64,000 bases of DNA from Lingula anatina (GCA_051362555.1 CM120646.1:5084001-5148000), one strand, 5' to 3'; counted from the first letter of the stretch, positions 13,418 through 28,573 are shown. Made by a program: numbers and translations. The notes: a model not told the origin generated them from the sequence alone.

Positions 13418-14328
13418 TTAATCACCTTGTGCTGAACGTGCTCATTGCCTCCAAGGTGAACTCCCAAGGACGAACTAACACGCCACGGAGCACGCGGACC
13501 GACACTCATATTAAAAAGCGAACTGGAATGTCACGTTGCCATCAATGTTCTAAATATGATTTCCTGTGAGTTTTGAAAAAAAAGGATAACGTCAGACTGT
13601 GAAAGAAATCTGAGGTTGAAATATTGACTTGCAGTTATGCTAGACTAATAGATATTAACAATCCATCATTTCACTTATGAAAGTCACTTGCGGCGCCAGG
13701 ACAGCCAAAAGGCGGGGAGGGACATTTAATTTGCTTCCATCCCTCTACCGGCTGCAATGTTGTTTTGGAACGAAAGAAATCACGCAATTAGGAGCATGTT
13801 TGCTGCAAAAAGAACATTCATTTTTTTTTTTTTTTTTTGAAAGCAGTGTGGTGAATCCATCGGCATGTTGTTGAACGTGAGGCGTAGAAGGAGACTTTTC
13901 GACTAAAAGAGTTTGCTCATAAGCAAGATTCGTCAGGAAAATGAATAAAATTTGTTTTTGACCTTCTCCCCCTGTGATTTTTTGGATACGTATGACAAAA
14001 GATACAAGCGTGTGCTGATAAATTGGACTTTTGGGTTACTAAAATGCGTGCAAGTCTCATAAATAAAATAAATTAAAATGTTTTTGCATCTGATTATTTT
14101 CTTCATGGCCTTTCCATGCTGGTGAACTTTTTATTGCAGGAAGAAAACTGCATCAAAGTGAAATTTGGTTCCTGCAATTTGCACTCTTCGGTCTCGGAAG
14201 TTATACCAGGGTGACATAACGACGGTTTGACCCACGGGGTTGTCAGGACTACAGAGACGAATGGGTCCTTTTCATATCTAGCGGCAAAGTCTTCCCTCCC
14301 GTTCCAGTTTGAGAGATTGACAACTGAA

Positions 14329-14541
14329 GACTGCATTCACATTCAAAGTTGACCCGCGGACTCTCAGACTTGAGGATCAAATATGGCCGACCCACTTGAA
14401 ACCTTACCGCTTAATCCCTGCAGGGAATCAGTGTCTAATTCAGTGTCTGCTAGGGGTTTATGCGACAAGCTTTCAAGTGGACCGGCCATATTTGATCCGC
14501 GGATCTGTTAGTCCTCAGATCACCTTGTTCTGAATGCGGCC
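14329..14541. mobile_element. MITE family B copy 2
   Basis: Shares ggatcaaatatggccgacccac and the TIRs with 13211-13417. Confidence 0.8.
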
Positions 14542-17500
14542 TAATAGCCTGGCTAATAAGTAAAAGCTCCTCTTCCCCCCCCCCCCATTCCCAGACCCCC
14601 GACCTAACCCCCACCCCACAGTGAACGCTTAAAACGGCCAGATAGACATTGTTTGACAATTTAGGGCTTCCAGAAGGTAGTCTTGTACTAAAAGCTTCCT
14701 TCCACCGTACATGGACGGGAGCATGCTCGGTCAGAGGTACTGAGAGGCCTGGAGTCCCTCGTGGAGCAGTGCTACAGGTAGGTACCTTGAGCATGATGAA
14801 TGAAGCTTGTGTCTGTGAGACCCTCCACCCTGACAAAAGGCCGTCCACTGCTGTTCAATCACTTTTTTACTGACCCCGGAGAGTTACTCCCTTGACAATT
14901 CCTTCCTTTTTTTTAAAGTTTAGACTACTGCTGTAATTTCTCTACGGGGAGGTTTTGTAGGATGTGCAGGCAATACATTTTATCGCCTTCATCCTTAAAA
15001 TGAAATATCAAGCTCAGCAATTTGTTGGCTTGAAATGGCTTCGTTTTGCCTCCTTTATTATTTTTCTTTGAAATAAGTATCGCTTGACTTAAGTTAGTTT
15101 GCGTTTTTCATTTGAAAATTGCTCACGGAATCGCAATTTCTGTGAATGCCCCCCGTTGACCAAGACGGCCGACATAGCTAGAGTTTTCTCGGAAGCAATT
15201 ATTTACAAAACAACAATTTTGTCTTCAACATTAGACGACTTTCACGGACAATAAAGGGTTGATTGGTTTGATATCTCTATTGAACAATGCTTACTGCCAG
15301 TTATTTATCGACATATTTAGTAATTCATCTATCTCTTTATTTATCAAATTATCTGTTGATTTGCCTGCTTGCTCTTTAAATCCATTAATTTTTGTCTTGG
15401 TAGTTAAGGTCGACCATATCAAAAAAGACAGAAGAGATATGGTACTCGAATTATTGCAGTTGTATCTGTTATTTTGCAGCACGTATGGTGTGACGAAGCT
15501 GTTTGACTATCACTTAGCCATGATCTGTAACTGTCCTCTCAATCTTATACAAGAATCATTGCTTATAAAGGAAAATGAATCATTTCAAAGAACAAAGGTT
15601 CTACCTTGTTGTACATGACTTAAATAAGGTTCAAATAAAACGTATTAGAAAGATTGTGTTTTGAAGACATATATTGTCTCAGCCTAAAATATTAATTGCA
15701 TGCGACTTTGCCTTGTCATAATGACAGACGTTAAAAGTCCTCAGAGAATGACCTAATGACACCTTATTTTAATATCTGAGGATTCGTTAAAAACGTGTTT
15801 ATGAAAGATATTTCTATGGCTTTTCACTGCATGTGTGGTTATTCACTTGTCTGTTTCGCGTTTTTTGCCAAACGGCACGTCATCTCCGAAATGGAGTAAA
15901 GAAAGGGTGGTTACATTGGATTCATACAGGTACGTGTTACCTGTAAAAATCAATGGGAGCCGCACCTTTTATATTAGGAGACTCGCTTGTGCATGGCTGT
16001 GGCCTCTGGAAGAGAGCAATATAGTATCATCAGGATACTTTTAGGTAAAATGTTGTTTTTCCCATGATTCTCTGCGTGCGTAACACCTGGGAAAATTTTT
16101 ACGGACTTTTTTCACAGACATTCATGCAATAAAGGTAATTAAATAATGTAAAACAAGTCAATATTAAAAGGATTCGTTATAGTTTATCATATCTGTTGGA
16201 TAAAATATACGGAAATGACCATGGTAAATTTGCGAATTAAAATTGAAAGAGATTGCAAAACACCGATGATTTATGCACATGTTGATGTTAGTTATAAGCT
16301 ATAAAGAGACCAAGGGTAGTATTTATATAAAGGGTTATTATGAATTCTCTTAGTGGCCTTTTGAAAACGTCAGTAGAATTTGGACTCGCCTGTACTAACA
16401 GCAGTGTATATGCACAGGTCGGCTGTTTTCATCTACCGGTACATATCAACTAAGCTTCCGTAAGTAAACAAAACTATGATTAATAATGATATTTTGAACA
16501 GCGTTCGTGAACCCACATTCCACGCGGAATAACTTGGCTTGCGTTCCTTAAGTTAGCAAAAGAACAGACTGAGTGGATAGGCACAGGAATTTAGACCAGG
16601 CAGACATCAGTTTGAATTCTGGAGCTTTAAGATGGCCTATACCGGTAAGTCCTCTGCCTCTCTACTTTTAAAGTATAGACGTATTCGAATGGTGACTGGG
16701 ACCCTATCCTTGAAGGCTCTAACAATTTGCTAATTAATTGAGAGGGGTATGGCGGTGGAGAGGGGGGGGGGGGGTACAAGAATAAAAAACGAGGGCAATT
16801 TACTGCCGGTATAATATGTAAGAGATATTGAAAAAAATCCCTTCGTCATTTCGCTAGATGCATGAGCTGATCTTGGGGAGGGAGAAGGGGTGAGGGAGGA
16901 CCTCAGAGGCCATAGAAGAGAAGGGGCCCATGCCACCTACCTGCTACCCTGGAACCAACCTTGCTTATAAAACATATAAATATATAAAAAACATCGTTCG
17001 TAATACAAAACTCAACCTGAGATGTTGATGTACGTTGGCAATGGATCCCGGTAGATGCAGGAGTTGCCCCCCCCCCCCCCCCCCCCCTTCTCAGAAGTTG
17101 CAGCCAAAAGGAACCGTATATATACAACAAAATTACACTTTGCGTGCAATGATAGCCTCTTGGTCCCTTGAAGAACAAGTAGAGAATACCCGGCAGTTAA
17201 CTTTGCGTCGTGTCGTGTTTTTGCGCTTATTTTAGACGAAGCCTCGTGCAACCGACAGAACAATCATCTTTTTAATATCTTAATAAAGCAGTCGCTACAA
17301 TCAATGATGAGTGAAATTGCCAAGGGATTCCATGCATATTATTTGTGTATTACCATTATCTGTTTCTGTTTCTTTTCATTCGTTTATTTATTCATTGTTG
17401 ATATATTTCGTCTTTTTTTCTAAAAATGGATCTAAATGTGGGTTATCTAGGCAGCAACAGTCTATGAGTATTTTAGGCAGTTTTATTAGCTGATATATAG

Positions 17501-17549
17501 TTTTTATACCACTGGTGGAACGCCATGGCTAATGTGTTTTTGTGATAAT

Positions 17550-17757
17550 GGGAGTTTTCAGATTCACGTTATCGTACCAGCAGGATCGATCTATCTTTGC
17601 GGGGATTCTCAATAAAGTACAGTAAATTATCCCCCTAGGGGCTTGAAGGGGCTGTCAGACAGTTGATCTGATTGCACTGATTGCACTTTAGCATGAATCC
17701 TCACAGAGTTAGATCGATCCTGCAAGTACAGGTACGATAACTTAGCTGAATGCTCCC
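17550..17757. mobile_element. MITE related to family A with different termini
   Basis: Inverted ends gggagttttcag...gttatcgtacc.gcaggatcgatct / agatcgatcctgc...ggtacgataac...ctgaatgctccc. Confidence 0.6.
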
Positions 17758-18133
17758 AGTGTGTTATATGCTATAGCAAAGTGTTCAAGGAGACTACGCA
17801 ATCAATGTAATCAACCCGAGAAGATATTAATCGAGAGAGATCTTTACAAACGCAAGCCAGAGAAAACCTTTTAAACACATACACCGTTACGTGACGGCAG
17901 AGGAGTACCGAGGTAGACATCATATTGAATAAAGCTCATTTTTACAAAAAATTCATATTAAAAGATCATGGCGTCAGGCTCGTGCGCTTTCCTAATATTT
18001 AACTCTTCACTAAGTTAATCCATAGTCGAGTGGTATATGGTGAGAAATACTGTTTAAGAACTTTTTTCTCTTGTTTTTGCCATTATCAGTCAATTTAAAC
18101 TGCTCATTTGAACACTTTACAAGATCTTTTTAG

Positions 18134-18348
18134 GACCCCATTTCCAGAGATTAGATCGATCTACTTTAGATCGACCTAACTCCCTGGGGGTTCACGCTAA
18201 ATAGCTGTCAGCCGGGCGGACACGAAAGTTAATTACCCCCTTACAGCTTGTAGTAGGCGGGACGGACATTTAAGCCGGATTATCTGACAGTAATCTAGTG
18301 AGACTACCCGCGGGGATAGATCGATCTAAAAGCTCTGGGAATACAGCC
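18134..18348 (+). mobile_element. MITE family A copy 2, TAG target duplication
   Basis: Same interior (ctaactccctgggggttcacgctaaa...gtaggcgggac...gacagtaatctagtgagact) and TIRs; TAG on both flanks. Confidence 0.85.
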
Positions 18349-21300
18349 TAGGAAAAAAAGCCCTAAAAATCACAAACAACTATCAGTATAATTCAGGCAA
18401 CCATTGGAACGACCTTGAGGCCTACAACTGTTAGAAAATCGACCCTGATGGACCTCAAAATATTGATCCTAGAAAATCGTTAATAGCCGGATCCGCGTTT
18501 CAAGGTGAACGCTTCCCCCCTTAACGCCAATTAGTCAATCTGTGTTGATGGTGAAGGAGAATATATTGGCTTTTGACAAAATACAGTTCAAATAACCTTT
18601 TTTTCTTGATGTTTAGAAAATAAAAATTTAGAATTCAAAAACGGGCTTAAACATTTATATGCCAATCTGAACAGTTTTGTACAGGTATTTACCTTGATGT
18701 GGAGAGGATGGATGATATCTACAGAAAAATAATTTTTAGCATATTAACCCATAGGATCTGACCGTAAAATACGAATAGAAATGGCCATGCTATTCCATTT
18801 TTGCGAGTGTAAAATATTGGGAGTGTCATGAACTCCAAATGCGCCAAAGTAGTTACTTTTTGGTTCGTTGACATTATATTCCTTATAAATTTGCCATGAT
18901 TTGAAGATTGACACTGGAATTTTTTCCTATCAATGAGGTGAGTTGGCCAGCCAATAAGAGCAGTCAAATTGTAGCCTTCTCTCGTGACCTTGACCGTAAC
19001 TATGCGTACTACTACTAAGCTAGGAGTACTGCGCAGAAGTCAAGCCAGTCCCGTCAAAAACGTCAAGGTCAAATTAACCTTATCACCGGCAATATTGGCC
19101 TTCCTATTGGTTAAAAGGTATAAATTGTTCCGAAAGAACAAAGAGATATGCTTTTAACTGCCGGTCTACGAAAAATGGACACATTTTGTGTGGTTAACGG
19201 CCATCAATATTTATTATTTTGGAATTCTTTCCACAAAATCTTTTAGAAGAAATTACACTCACGATTATACAGACGGTTTGAAACGATGTCGACTGACACC
19301 TAATAGACTATAACGCAATGCATACCTACAAGTACTTATGGCAAAAAATCATCAATCTTTAGCCAGTAGACAATGTCTGGTGTGGGGAGAAGTCCAACGA
19401 TCCTCCCTTTTCCAGAAAAAAATTCCGTTTCGAGTCGAATTCGATGTGGACATCTGGGTTTTGGGTCGACAAAGAGGGCAAAAAGGTCCATTTTATTTTA
19501 GATAAAACCTCTTTTTTCAAAGGCCTTTATTTTATTACGAGCTCGAGAACATGTTGTTTCACCAGTGATTTGTTCATCGTCGGATGCAGTTTGTATTGAA
19601 AGATTAGCAGTGTTGTGCTTGCAAATAAGTACATATTTTCTTAGATTTTATCATTCTATTATTTCCACGTATTGACCGCGACATTTCCATAAAGGGAAAT
19701 ATATTGTGACATTGTGTCAAAGAAAACGCAGTTTCTCCAGGAATTATTTCTTAAACCATGTTGCATATTAGATCAAGGAATAGGATTTTTGAGGTACTGA
19801 GGTTGGACAAAAGATGAAATTGTGCCAAATTTCAAGGGTACAGTACTTCGTTCACGCAAAAAAAAAAAAAAAAAAAAAAATTCAATAGGCGGCCAACGTA
19901 TTTTAAAGCGCTTGTTGAGCAATTCGGTGATTAAGTTTAAAAGCTCTGACAGTTCATGTTCTACATGTATGGTCGGTTTGCATAGATTCCACCACGTACA
20001 GAAATACAGGATGATACACAAGGTAAATAAGTGCAAATGTGAAAAAAAATCATTCATGTAACGGAGTCCACTATCAATCAAAACCAGGTGCTTTTGTGGC
20101 AGGCAGGCGCAAGGCTTCGTCTGAATATTTTTTTTTTCATCCGCACTATTAAATATCCGGAAAATCTCATGCGGAATGTACTCTTCATTCAACACAATGC
20201 GCACTTGTGCCTGGGCAACTTTTAATTATGAATCCTGGACACAAAAAACAAAACAACTGCTTTACGTACCAAGGTTGTTGAGATCAAATACTAATAATAA
20301 TGTTATTTGGGGTAATTATTCTCTTCGCCAAATGTTTGTTTCTGGGGTACTACTGTAGAGTCCATCTATCTGTCTGTCTGTCTGTCTGTTTGTTCGTCAC
20401 GCCCTTGCCTGGTAGCATTACGACAATGAGCAACGAAGCCTCCAGTACAGAATTCATGATTTAGCATCTAAATTGGGTTGGGATATGAAACATGAATTGC
20501 TACCGCACTCCTCAATAATCGGGATAGTGCAAACAAAAGAAATAAGAATATTGCGTTATGTGATTGTGACAATTGACAGCTCGCATTCCTCTCAATTCAG
20601 CTGTTCGCGTCGCTTGACATTTATTCAAAGGTTGATACGTGTCGACCAATAGTCGATTTCTGTTCTTCTACTGCTTCGCATACCGTTAAGAGAGCGCTGT
20701 AGTTCGCCTGCCAATTGAAATATTGGTTTTGTGGAATCCCAGTAATTTTCTGGTCTTTGGCAGACAATTTTGAAGGTTAAGTGGAAAGTGAATTTTTCTC
20801 AGAAATGGTTAGTTGCAACAATTTTAAATACTTAGTTTATTAAAAGTAGAGATAAGTCTAATTTTGGATAAGTCTAATTTTAGAGTTTACGTGGTAAAAT
20901 TCAACGCAAAGCTGACGGTGAGACCTTTGACGAGGTTACCTTGATTTTTTTATATTCTTGATTCTAATTCTACTGCATGACGAAGAGCATTTACTTACTT
21001 AGACTGATAAGGTTGAACATGTTTTAGGAGAGAGAGAGAGAGAGATTCAATTATTATGATGCCAGACACAAACATATACATCTCAATCCTCCACTATAGC
21101 CATGGTGCAGTGCCAAAGAAAGGACAATAAATTTGTAGCCGGGCCTATTCAAGTATAAATTTCTTCAATTACTGACCACTTCTGTTTTGGACAAGTAGAT
21201 TCCACATATCTTGTCCAGCTTGTTTAGTTAGAACCAAAATGTTTTGCATACGCCGTGCTGTATCGTTGGAAGCCACATGGTGGATGCCATTTAGGTAGAA

Positions 21301-22223
21301 AGTTCAACTAAGTTGATGAAGTAGTTGAAGTCGTCACAACCCGTCCCTACATTCTCTCTGTGCTTGTAAACAGTTTCACCAGGTGAAGTATTTGGATTTT
21401 CACACTTTATTGGAATATATATTGTGTTTGACTTTTAGGATGATGACTTTATAATACAATAATGCTCATGTTCCTACTAGACTACAAACTTATGATAACG
21501 ATAGTTAATTTCTGTGCCACACAAGCGGACAAAGCAAAGACCAGTTTATTTACATATAAGCTTGGGAAGTTAGGTGCAACTCGATTATCTAATACTGCTG
21601 CTTCATGTAGGTCAACTTTGTCACCTTTTTCATTTTAAAAATATATATTTATTTTAATTATTATAATAATATTGACTATCCTTATTATCAGAACAAACAG
21701 AATAATTTTTTCTAATTTTAAGACTTTCGGAAGATCATTTGTGTGGAAAGTTCCAAAAAAAAAAAAAGAACAAGTTAGCAGAATTTTGCCACAAAACGCT
21801 TTACCCGTAAATACATATTTTAAGAGGAAAAATGTCGGTTAGAGGAAGGTTTGGTCCTACAACAGATAATGAGATGAGTAAATCAAAGAAAAGTCAAGGT
21901 TTGAGTAGTGCATGTATTTATGTTTATCTGATTTTCACGCGTCTGTTATCCATCAATCTGAGATCTCTCTCGGAAGACGTTAAAGTGCAGAAGACGTAGG
22001 TGACATGACAAAGCCCATTTATCGCTTTGAGCTGTGCGACATATAGTGCTTCATCCCTGGAGTGCTGGTGACATTTGCAGGGGCGGTTTCTTTACAATAA
22101 CAACGTGGCGTAGAACTGGAGACTGGAGCATGCAAACTGGAAATCACTTAGCCCCTTTACCGGTCAAAATACCTGCAAGGATGCACAGTTCCATCTCCTC
22201 ACTACTGTCCTTTTTAAACCCCT

Positions 22224-22229
<6 letters not shown>

Positions 22230-22261
<32 letters not shown>
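22230..22261. repeat. (CT)n microsatellite
   Basis: Direct reading. Confidence 0.9.
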
Positions 22262-22264
<3 letters not shown>

Positions 22265-22781
22265 CGTATAAGTTGGGGTCGTTTCTAGGGCAAATACCAT
22301 GAGTAATAAAAGCAATTTCTATTCAACTAACGACTCTGTCGCTGTAAAATAACACTCCAATCCTTGTTCCGATATGGCGCAGTTAACGTTACAAGTACGA
22401 ATGGAGGAATCCTTCCTTTAATATTGAATCAAAACCAATTTACCAACGGTAATTACAACTGGTTCCATCTTTGTTCTGAAACAAACCCCCTGAACTTTTC
22501 TCTTGGCATTGCTATTTTATGTATATGTATGTCTTCGAACGGTATTAAATTTATTTTGCTCGTTTTGATACGATATTATTGATTTTGCATTTGGAAATGA
22601 GTACCTTAGTAACCAAAACCACTGGTTCTACCCACACGTACTCACTCATGTATTTTGTAATCGCCCAATGTGCAATAGAGTGATGTTTCTCTATTCATCG
22701 ATGGATTTTTCATAACGATTACATTATACCTCGTACTGTATCCCTCTACTGCACTCGCGTGAAATATGTTAGTTCTATCAG

Positions 22782-23035
22782 TGATGTTTTATTCCAAACC
22801 GAAGTCTTTTGCTTTCTCAAAATTTGAATAATACAAATGAAATAGCTAGGCAAAGAAGCAAAATAGTGTATAACGTCCAAAGCCTTCGTAGTGAAATCAA
22901 AGCTCTGCGAGACATGATGTTTTATTCCAAACTGCAGGGGTTTTTCTTTTTAAAATTTAAATAATTCAAATGTAAATGCAACAGGCATGGAAGCAAGACA
23001 GTGTATAACGTCCGGAGTGTTAGTAATGAAATCAA
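22782..23035 (+). repeat. Diverged tandem duplication, 2 units of ~120-130 bp
   Basis: tgatgttttattccaaac...aaaattt.aataat.caaatg...ggca..gaagcaa...agtgtataacgtcc...tgaaatcaa at 22782-22900 and 22915-23035. Confidence 0.75.
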
Positions 23036-25368
23036 GGGACAACTAGACACTGCAACGCTTAAATGAACATTGGCGCCGAGAACGTCAAGACAAACATACA
23101 TGCAGAATACCTTTACTTCCCCATACAGAGAAACGATTTAATGTATTTTTACTTACACGATAATTCATATAAGAGAAATGCTTAGTGTACACGCGAACGG
23201 TTTGATATTTTGACTGTGTGATTTCTCACGTTTTCCCCAAATGTCCCCGTTTAATATATTTGTTATTATATTTCACCTGAAGGCAAGAATTAAAGATATT
23301 TAATCTTATATGAAATTATATATGAAATTGAAATTTCTGTACGTGTATCCATTTATCATTGTAATCGTCATACCTTCTACTTTTACAAAAGTCGAACGAT
23401 TTTACCATATAGTACAAAACATTTATGTCAACATTCTGGTGGTTTTAAAATCGCCATTCTTGGCTGATGACTTTGATGCATGATTTATCTTGAGTGTCTA
23501 GAGGATTCAACCTGTGCTTCATTGGCTCGTTCGCGAGACGGTGTTTTCCTCTTTTATTTAAAACTTCCTTCTTCCCTCAAAAAAAAAACAAAAAAAAAAC
23601 AATGAAATGCATTTAGCGCAATTCGTACAAAATTAAAAACAGTCAATATTCAATTATATAACACGATCAATATTGGCGAATGTTTTGCATTAAAAACGTA
23701 GGATGGTTGTTGCAGAGTCTCTCTTTTGGAGATCCCACTGATAATAGTCCACTGGAAGACCAGGAGAGTGTTCCTGGCTAAGGAACGGGGAAGGTTCTCA
23801 CACACACACACACACATTACAAAAATTGTTTTTACTCCCCCACCTTTTATTAATACATGGGATCCCACGCACCAATAAGGAAATGGTGTTTTAACTCCCG
23901 GCGTTGGCAGGATATACATGTCAAGCCAACCAAAGTAAGTCCCTCCAACTTCTTCTTTGACCTTTAAAGGAAGCTTCGAGAATGCACTGCGTTGTTTTTC
24001 TTCAAACTCAATTACCTTCTTCTGAGGACAATTGAAATATGATTTATAATCCATAACAATTCAGATATGATAATCTGTTTTCCCGTGTTGCGCAGCATGT
24101 TGTCAATACCACCTCTTTTTTTTAACGAGCAATTTTTCAGTGATTCATAAACCATGAAAAAGATTTACCGCATAATTCCCCTTCTTAATATCAAACGCGA
24201 TTCTCTTCTTCGCACCGCGCATACACACGCGTAAGTATCGTATGTCATCAAAATGAAATGATTTTTTACATGCCTGGGAAGAGGGGGGGGGGGTAGAAAC
24301 TCAAAGGCCAATACGTTTAAAAGGGAATGAGATATTGGGTTTTCAACACTATCATTGATAATTTCTTCACGTATCCTTTAATTGTTCACCTGTTCCTAAC
24401 CTTCTGTCTTCGCCTCGGATTACCTGCACAACCGGGCATGACAGATCTGGAGCTAAAATGTCACTCTCTTTTGTGAGAAGTGCTGCTGCGGTAATCCATA
24501 TATCTAATCGCTCTAATTTCCGATCAAATAACAACTATTTTTTATCCACTTTGCTACTGAGATCGTTTAGGAATAGCGCTGATGCTGGGGGAGCAAATGG
24601 CGGCAACTAGAGACAATTTAAACGAGGGATCTTCCGCTGCTTAGAGGCAATTATGTGTGATAAATTATCTGGTATCTCTGGCCACAAACCTCGTAATTGG
24701 AACTAATTGGAGATTAAGCGCCGAGGCATTATTGGTTCATGCTGTTACTTTTTATATCAGGAAGCCTTGGTATTGAAAACGAGCGTCTCAATTAGAAAGA
24801 ATTGTGGGCGGCGCAATTTAGCCCTTCTCTCGGGTAAAATACGATAAATTTTTAATGAAGATTAAAATTCCTGATCCAATCGCTGACAAACAGTATATGA
24901 AAACCAACACAGATTGCGTGTTACTTCTTGCTTAACGTTTTATCTGTTACTTCCATTTTTCACGTATACTGTTGATATATATAATCCATCGCGGTAATAC
25001 ATGGTTTGAGCTAAATCACATGTATATAAGTGAATATGTTTAATGCCTTTGAACAAAGACAAAGACGTTTCGTCTACCTTTCAGAAACCTCAAATTCCAT
25101 GAAGGAAGACCCTGTTGGATGACGTCACGGCTGCCTGAAGGTCGCTAGAATTCATCAAATGCATAGACAGTTGGACTTGCAGCATGACTCACTGAGGGAC
25201 TAGGTTTAGAAAGTAAAGACATTTCGTCGTCTGAGTTTCATGTGGTCACGCAAGAGTTTTCTGGTTTTGGCACAATCAGTTTGAAGTATAAGAGAAGATT
25301 ATCTGACACGACAACGCTCACATCTGAGAATGAGCGGAACATTGTTAATGTAGAGGTAACAAAGAACC

Positions 25369-25423
25369 ATGCGCATAATAGATTTTCTAGGGTTTCTGCT
25401 GGCAGCATTGGATGCGATACCAA
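25369..25423 (+). CDS. Probable first coding exon (signal-peptide-like) of the GPCR gene
   Basis: accATG...MRIIDFLGFLLAALDAIP then a|GTAAGT (phase 1). This joins in frame to the acceptor at 35550/35551 and creates the sequon N-V-T. Inferred, with no transcript evidence. Confidence 0.5.
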
Positions 25424-27689
25424 GTAAGTATTCAGTATTCAGCGATATTTTTAATGAATGGCTTTGTTTATTTTTGCTACATTGGATGATTAACTTAGTT
25501 GTTTATCTGTTTATTTATTAACCGTCATATTATTGAATCATACATTTCCTTTTTTTTAATTTTTATGTTGTATTCTGAAAGCATTTCAATTATTTGTCAT
25601 CGGGTATCATTTCACTGCTGGAGTTCTGCACAAACTATCCAGAAAATCTATGCTCTGTGTTTTTCGGTGATCAAGAACGTAGATACACATTACTGAGAAT
25701 CGCACCAGAAACAACTAGGTGTCATACCCTAGGTCTTGGAAGCCAAATCTGGAACCGAAGCCATGTCGAATACGTGCATATACAACACGGGTTATTTCAC
25801 AGGGAGCAGTCCAGCTAGCACAGAACTTTATTATAACGTTACCATAACGTTTACATAACCAACCAACGTTATAGTAACGTTATAGTAACGTTATGTGTTT
25901 GCTTGGGGTACACTTATCTCGACCACCCCAGATTGACAACTAGGTACTAATGTGAAATCACACAACAAAGTTTTTTACTCCCCTTCACTGGTTTTCCACA
26001 ATCTTGATTTCTGAATTTAGTAAATTAAAAAGCCTTGCCGCCCTCTGCGGCTCCTTTTACTAAGTAGCTGACTCTCGTACGAAATAACCATGCAGATTAA
26101 TTTATGGAAAAATGGGGTTCCCATATTATTAGTGCAGGCTAGGGTTATTTGGAGTATTGGGGTTAGTACATGGGACGAAAGTCACCTGTAATGTAATTGG
26201 GAACTGACTACGGTTCGTAGCAGACTACCATACCGAGGGGCGTAACAAGGGCCTAGGATCCTCAGTTCCGGGGATTCAATCGCATTTAAAAAAGTTTATG
26301 ACGATGTTCTAAAAGCAGTGTAAGGAATCACTAACCTCACACAGGGTTTATTTCACGAATATGTAACCTTAAAGCGGCGTGTTTGGTTCAGTTTTTATTG
26401 TACAAATTATTTTCACTATCAACGCAGCTGATGGTTCATTTCCATTCTGAAGTCAGGGAGCTCACGATTTTCTCTTGGCAGAGTGTAAATTATAGATGGA
26501 AATTACACACAGTAGAGGCGCCATGTGTTGTAATTGGTTTATTAATGCACCCTGGGTTTTAGAGACGACTGGAAACTCTCTTAGTCTCTGATATCTGCTG
26601 TGTTCTGGGAAAGTCAGAGCGATTCTGATTGTAGAGAGGTGGTTTTTAAGTGACCCCTTGGGGTGGTTTATGCTTTTAACGGGAAAAAGGACATATTGCA
26701 TACGCGTTGGTGAACTAATTAAAATGGCCCGTCCGTTATTGGGTTTGGTACGGTAACAAATTATATATAAGGTATTCAGTAATGAGCCATCATCGACGTT
26801 GGATCTGATGGGCCGTTGGGGTGCTTAATTTTGGCCCCCTCCTTTCCTCGCAAAAACCACCAAAACAAAACAAAGGCGAGTTAGTTCCCATCGCTGTCCC
26901 ATGTATACATGTACATGTATAGCTGTCTTACAGTAAATTGTGCTGGCCTGTTTTGTAAGTCCTTTTGTATTGACCCCCCCCCCCCCAATAAAAATGGAAC
27001 CACCAGAGATATTACCATACTATGAGAGGTACATATGCAAAATGTTACCAGACATTTTCTAGCGAATACATTTTTATAAGTTTTTTCTAACCGAGGACAG
27101 TTCACAGGTTATGTACAGTTCATAGGGTATGTACAGAGTATGTACAGGGTTGTACATCTGTACTAGAATCCGAACAGCGTATGTGGATGAATGTCTGATA
27201 TAGCATCTGATATAACTAAACATTTTACTGTTCATTGGAAATCATGAGGTAAACTTCGTGTCGTCATTCGAGACAAGAAAACACGTGATAATCCGCGTGA
27301 GGTGAAGATAGGGCGAAACTCTATGCCACTGGAATGTCATCTCAGAAAGCAATAAAAAGGGTGACACGCAAAACACGTTGATTTCGTGTTGTTGAACAAC
27401 AAACAATGAAACAGATCTGAAGAGCAACAACCAGGAAAATAATGGATAATTTCTGTCAGCTTTTATTCGCTACCCCACCGCACTGGCTATTTTGTCTTTA
27501 TTTCTGACCTCACTTTCCTTCCAATTCCGCTTTATTTACTCTAAGTCGCGAGACGTATGCTTTTTCGGATGTTTTCAAAATTTCCATAGATGTAAAATAT
27601 TTTGCTTCGTTAAGTATTTCAAGTTAAAAGGTTATGATATTAACCAGAATGAAAATGGTATGCATCATTGTAGGGCCTATATGCATGCG

Positions 27690-27693
<4 letters not shown>

Positions 27694-27741
<48 letters not shown>
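27694..27741. repeat. (GT)n microsatellite
   Basis: Direct reading. Confidence 0.95.
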
Positions 27742-27744
<3 letters not shown>

Positions 27745-28573
27745 TTTTCGTTTGCGTTTGTGCGTGCGAAAGTGCTTGCGTGCCCCTTGTGTTTCACTCT
27801 ATGAAAAAGTGCACACGTATGTGTCTCTGTACATGTGCCAGTGAGTGCGCGAAGCGCACCAAGGCGCGTGCTTGAGTTTTCTCTCAAATGTCTCTGTCAC
27901 ATACTGTATATATCGGGGGATGGTTCTTGGTCCTAGCTTGTGTGTAACTAGACAGCTGACTAGATATGTTATTATCTCAAATGTGCTTGATAACCTAAAT
28001 TGCAAGAAACCTTATAGTCGGTGATACAATATGCGATAATTCAACAATTACTCAAGCTGAAGCAATAACTGGGATAAAAATTCATCAATGATTCAATGCC
28101 CAGCCGTAATCTAAAGTTCTCGTGAGTATGTGTTTTGAAGCATTTTGACAGTTAATTGTTTGAATTGATAAGATAGTGTTTTGAATGGCATCTTTTGATA
28201 TTTCGATCAAATTGAATGTAGCAATTGAAACAGTTCTATCGTACCAAGGCTCGCTAGATAGGCGAACACTGAAGACATCATGGTAAGTAGAATATAGTAG
28301 TACCACTACTATCAAAGTCAGTTGATACGTGTAAACCGACGCCTCACATGTGTTTGAAAGAAAGATACGTGACTTACATGTACTATAAGACCGTTTAATG
28401 AGACTTTTAAGGCTATTTACATTCCCGCTAAATAATGTGCGACAGTCTGCTAAAAATGACCCGAAAACTGGTGTTAACTTTAAGACTAAACTTATGGTCA
28501 ATATTTGTCCATGATAGATAAGGGTTATAGCTCAGACTGGGTAACGGCCTGCAGGTCAGTGAGGAGCCAGGAC

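Noticed and set aside
22782-23035. Tandem units beginning RTGATG as possible C/D-box snoRNAs
   Set aside because: The C box is imperfect (TGATGT), and no matching CTGA D box or terminal stem was seen; treated as a plain duplication.
8000-25000. Numerous 60-140 aa ORFs in the intergenic region
   Set aside because: They overlap MITEs, homopolymers or microsatellites, often start at GTG/TTG and show no domain features. Non-coding GPCR exons may exist here, but I cannot support any.
25242-25427. Track ORF MVTQEFSG...CDTK as the upstream GPCR exon
   Set aside because: In that frame the donor is phase 2 and would not join the GPCR frame; the alternative frame starting at ATG 25369 does.
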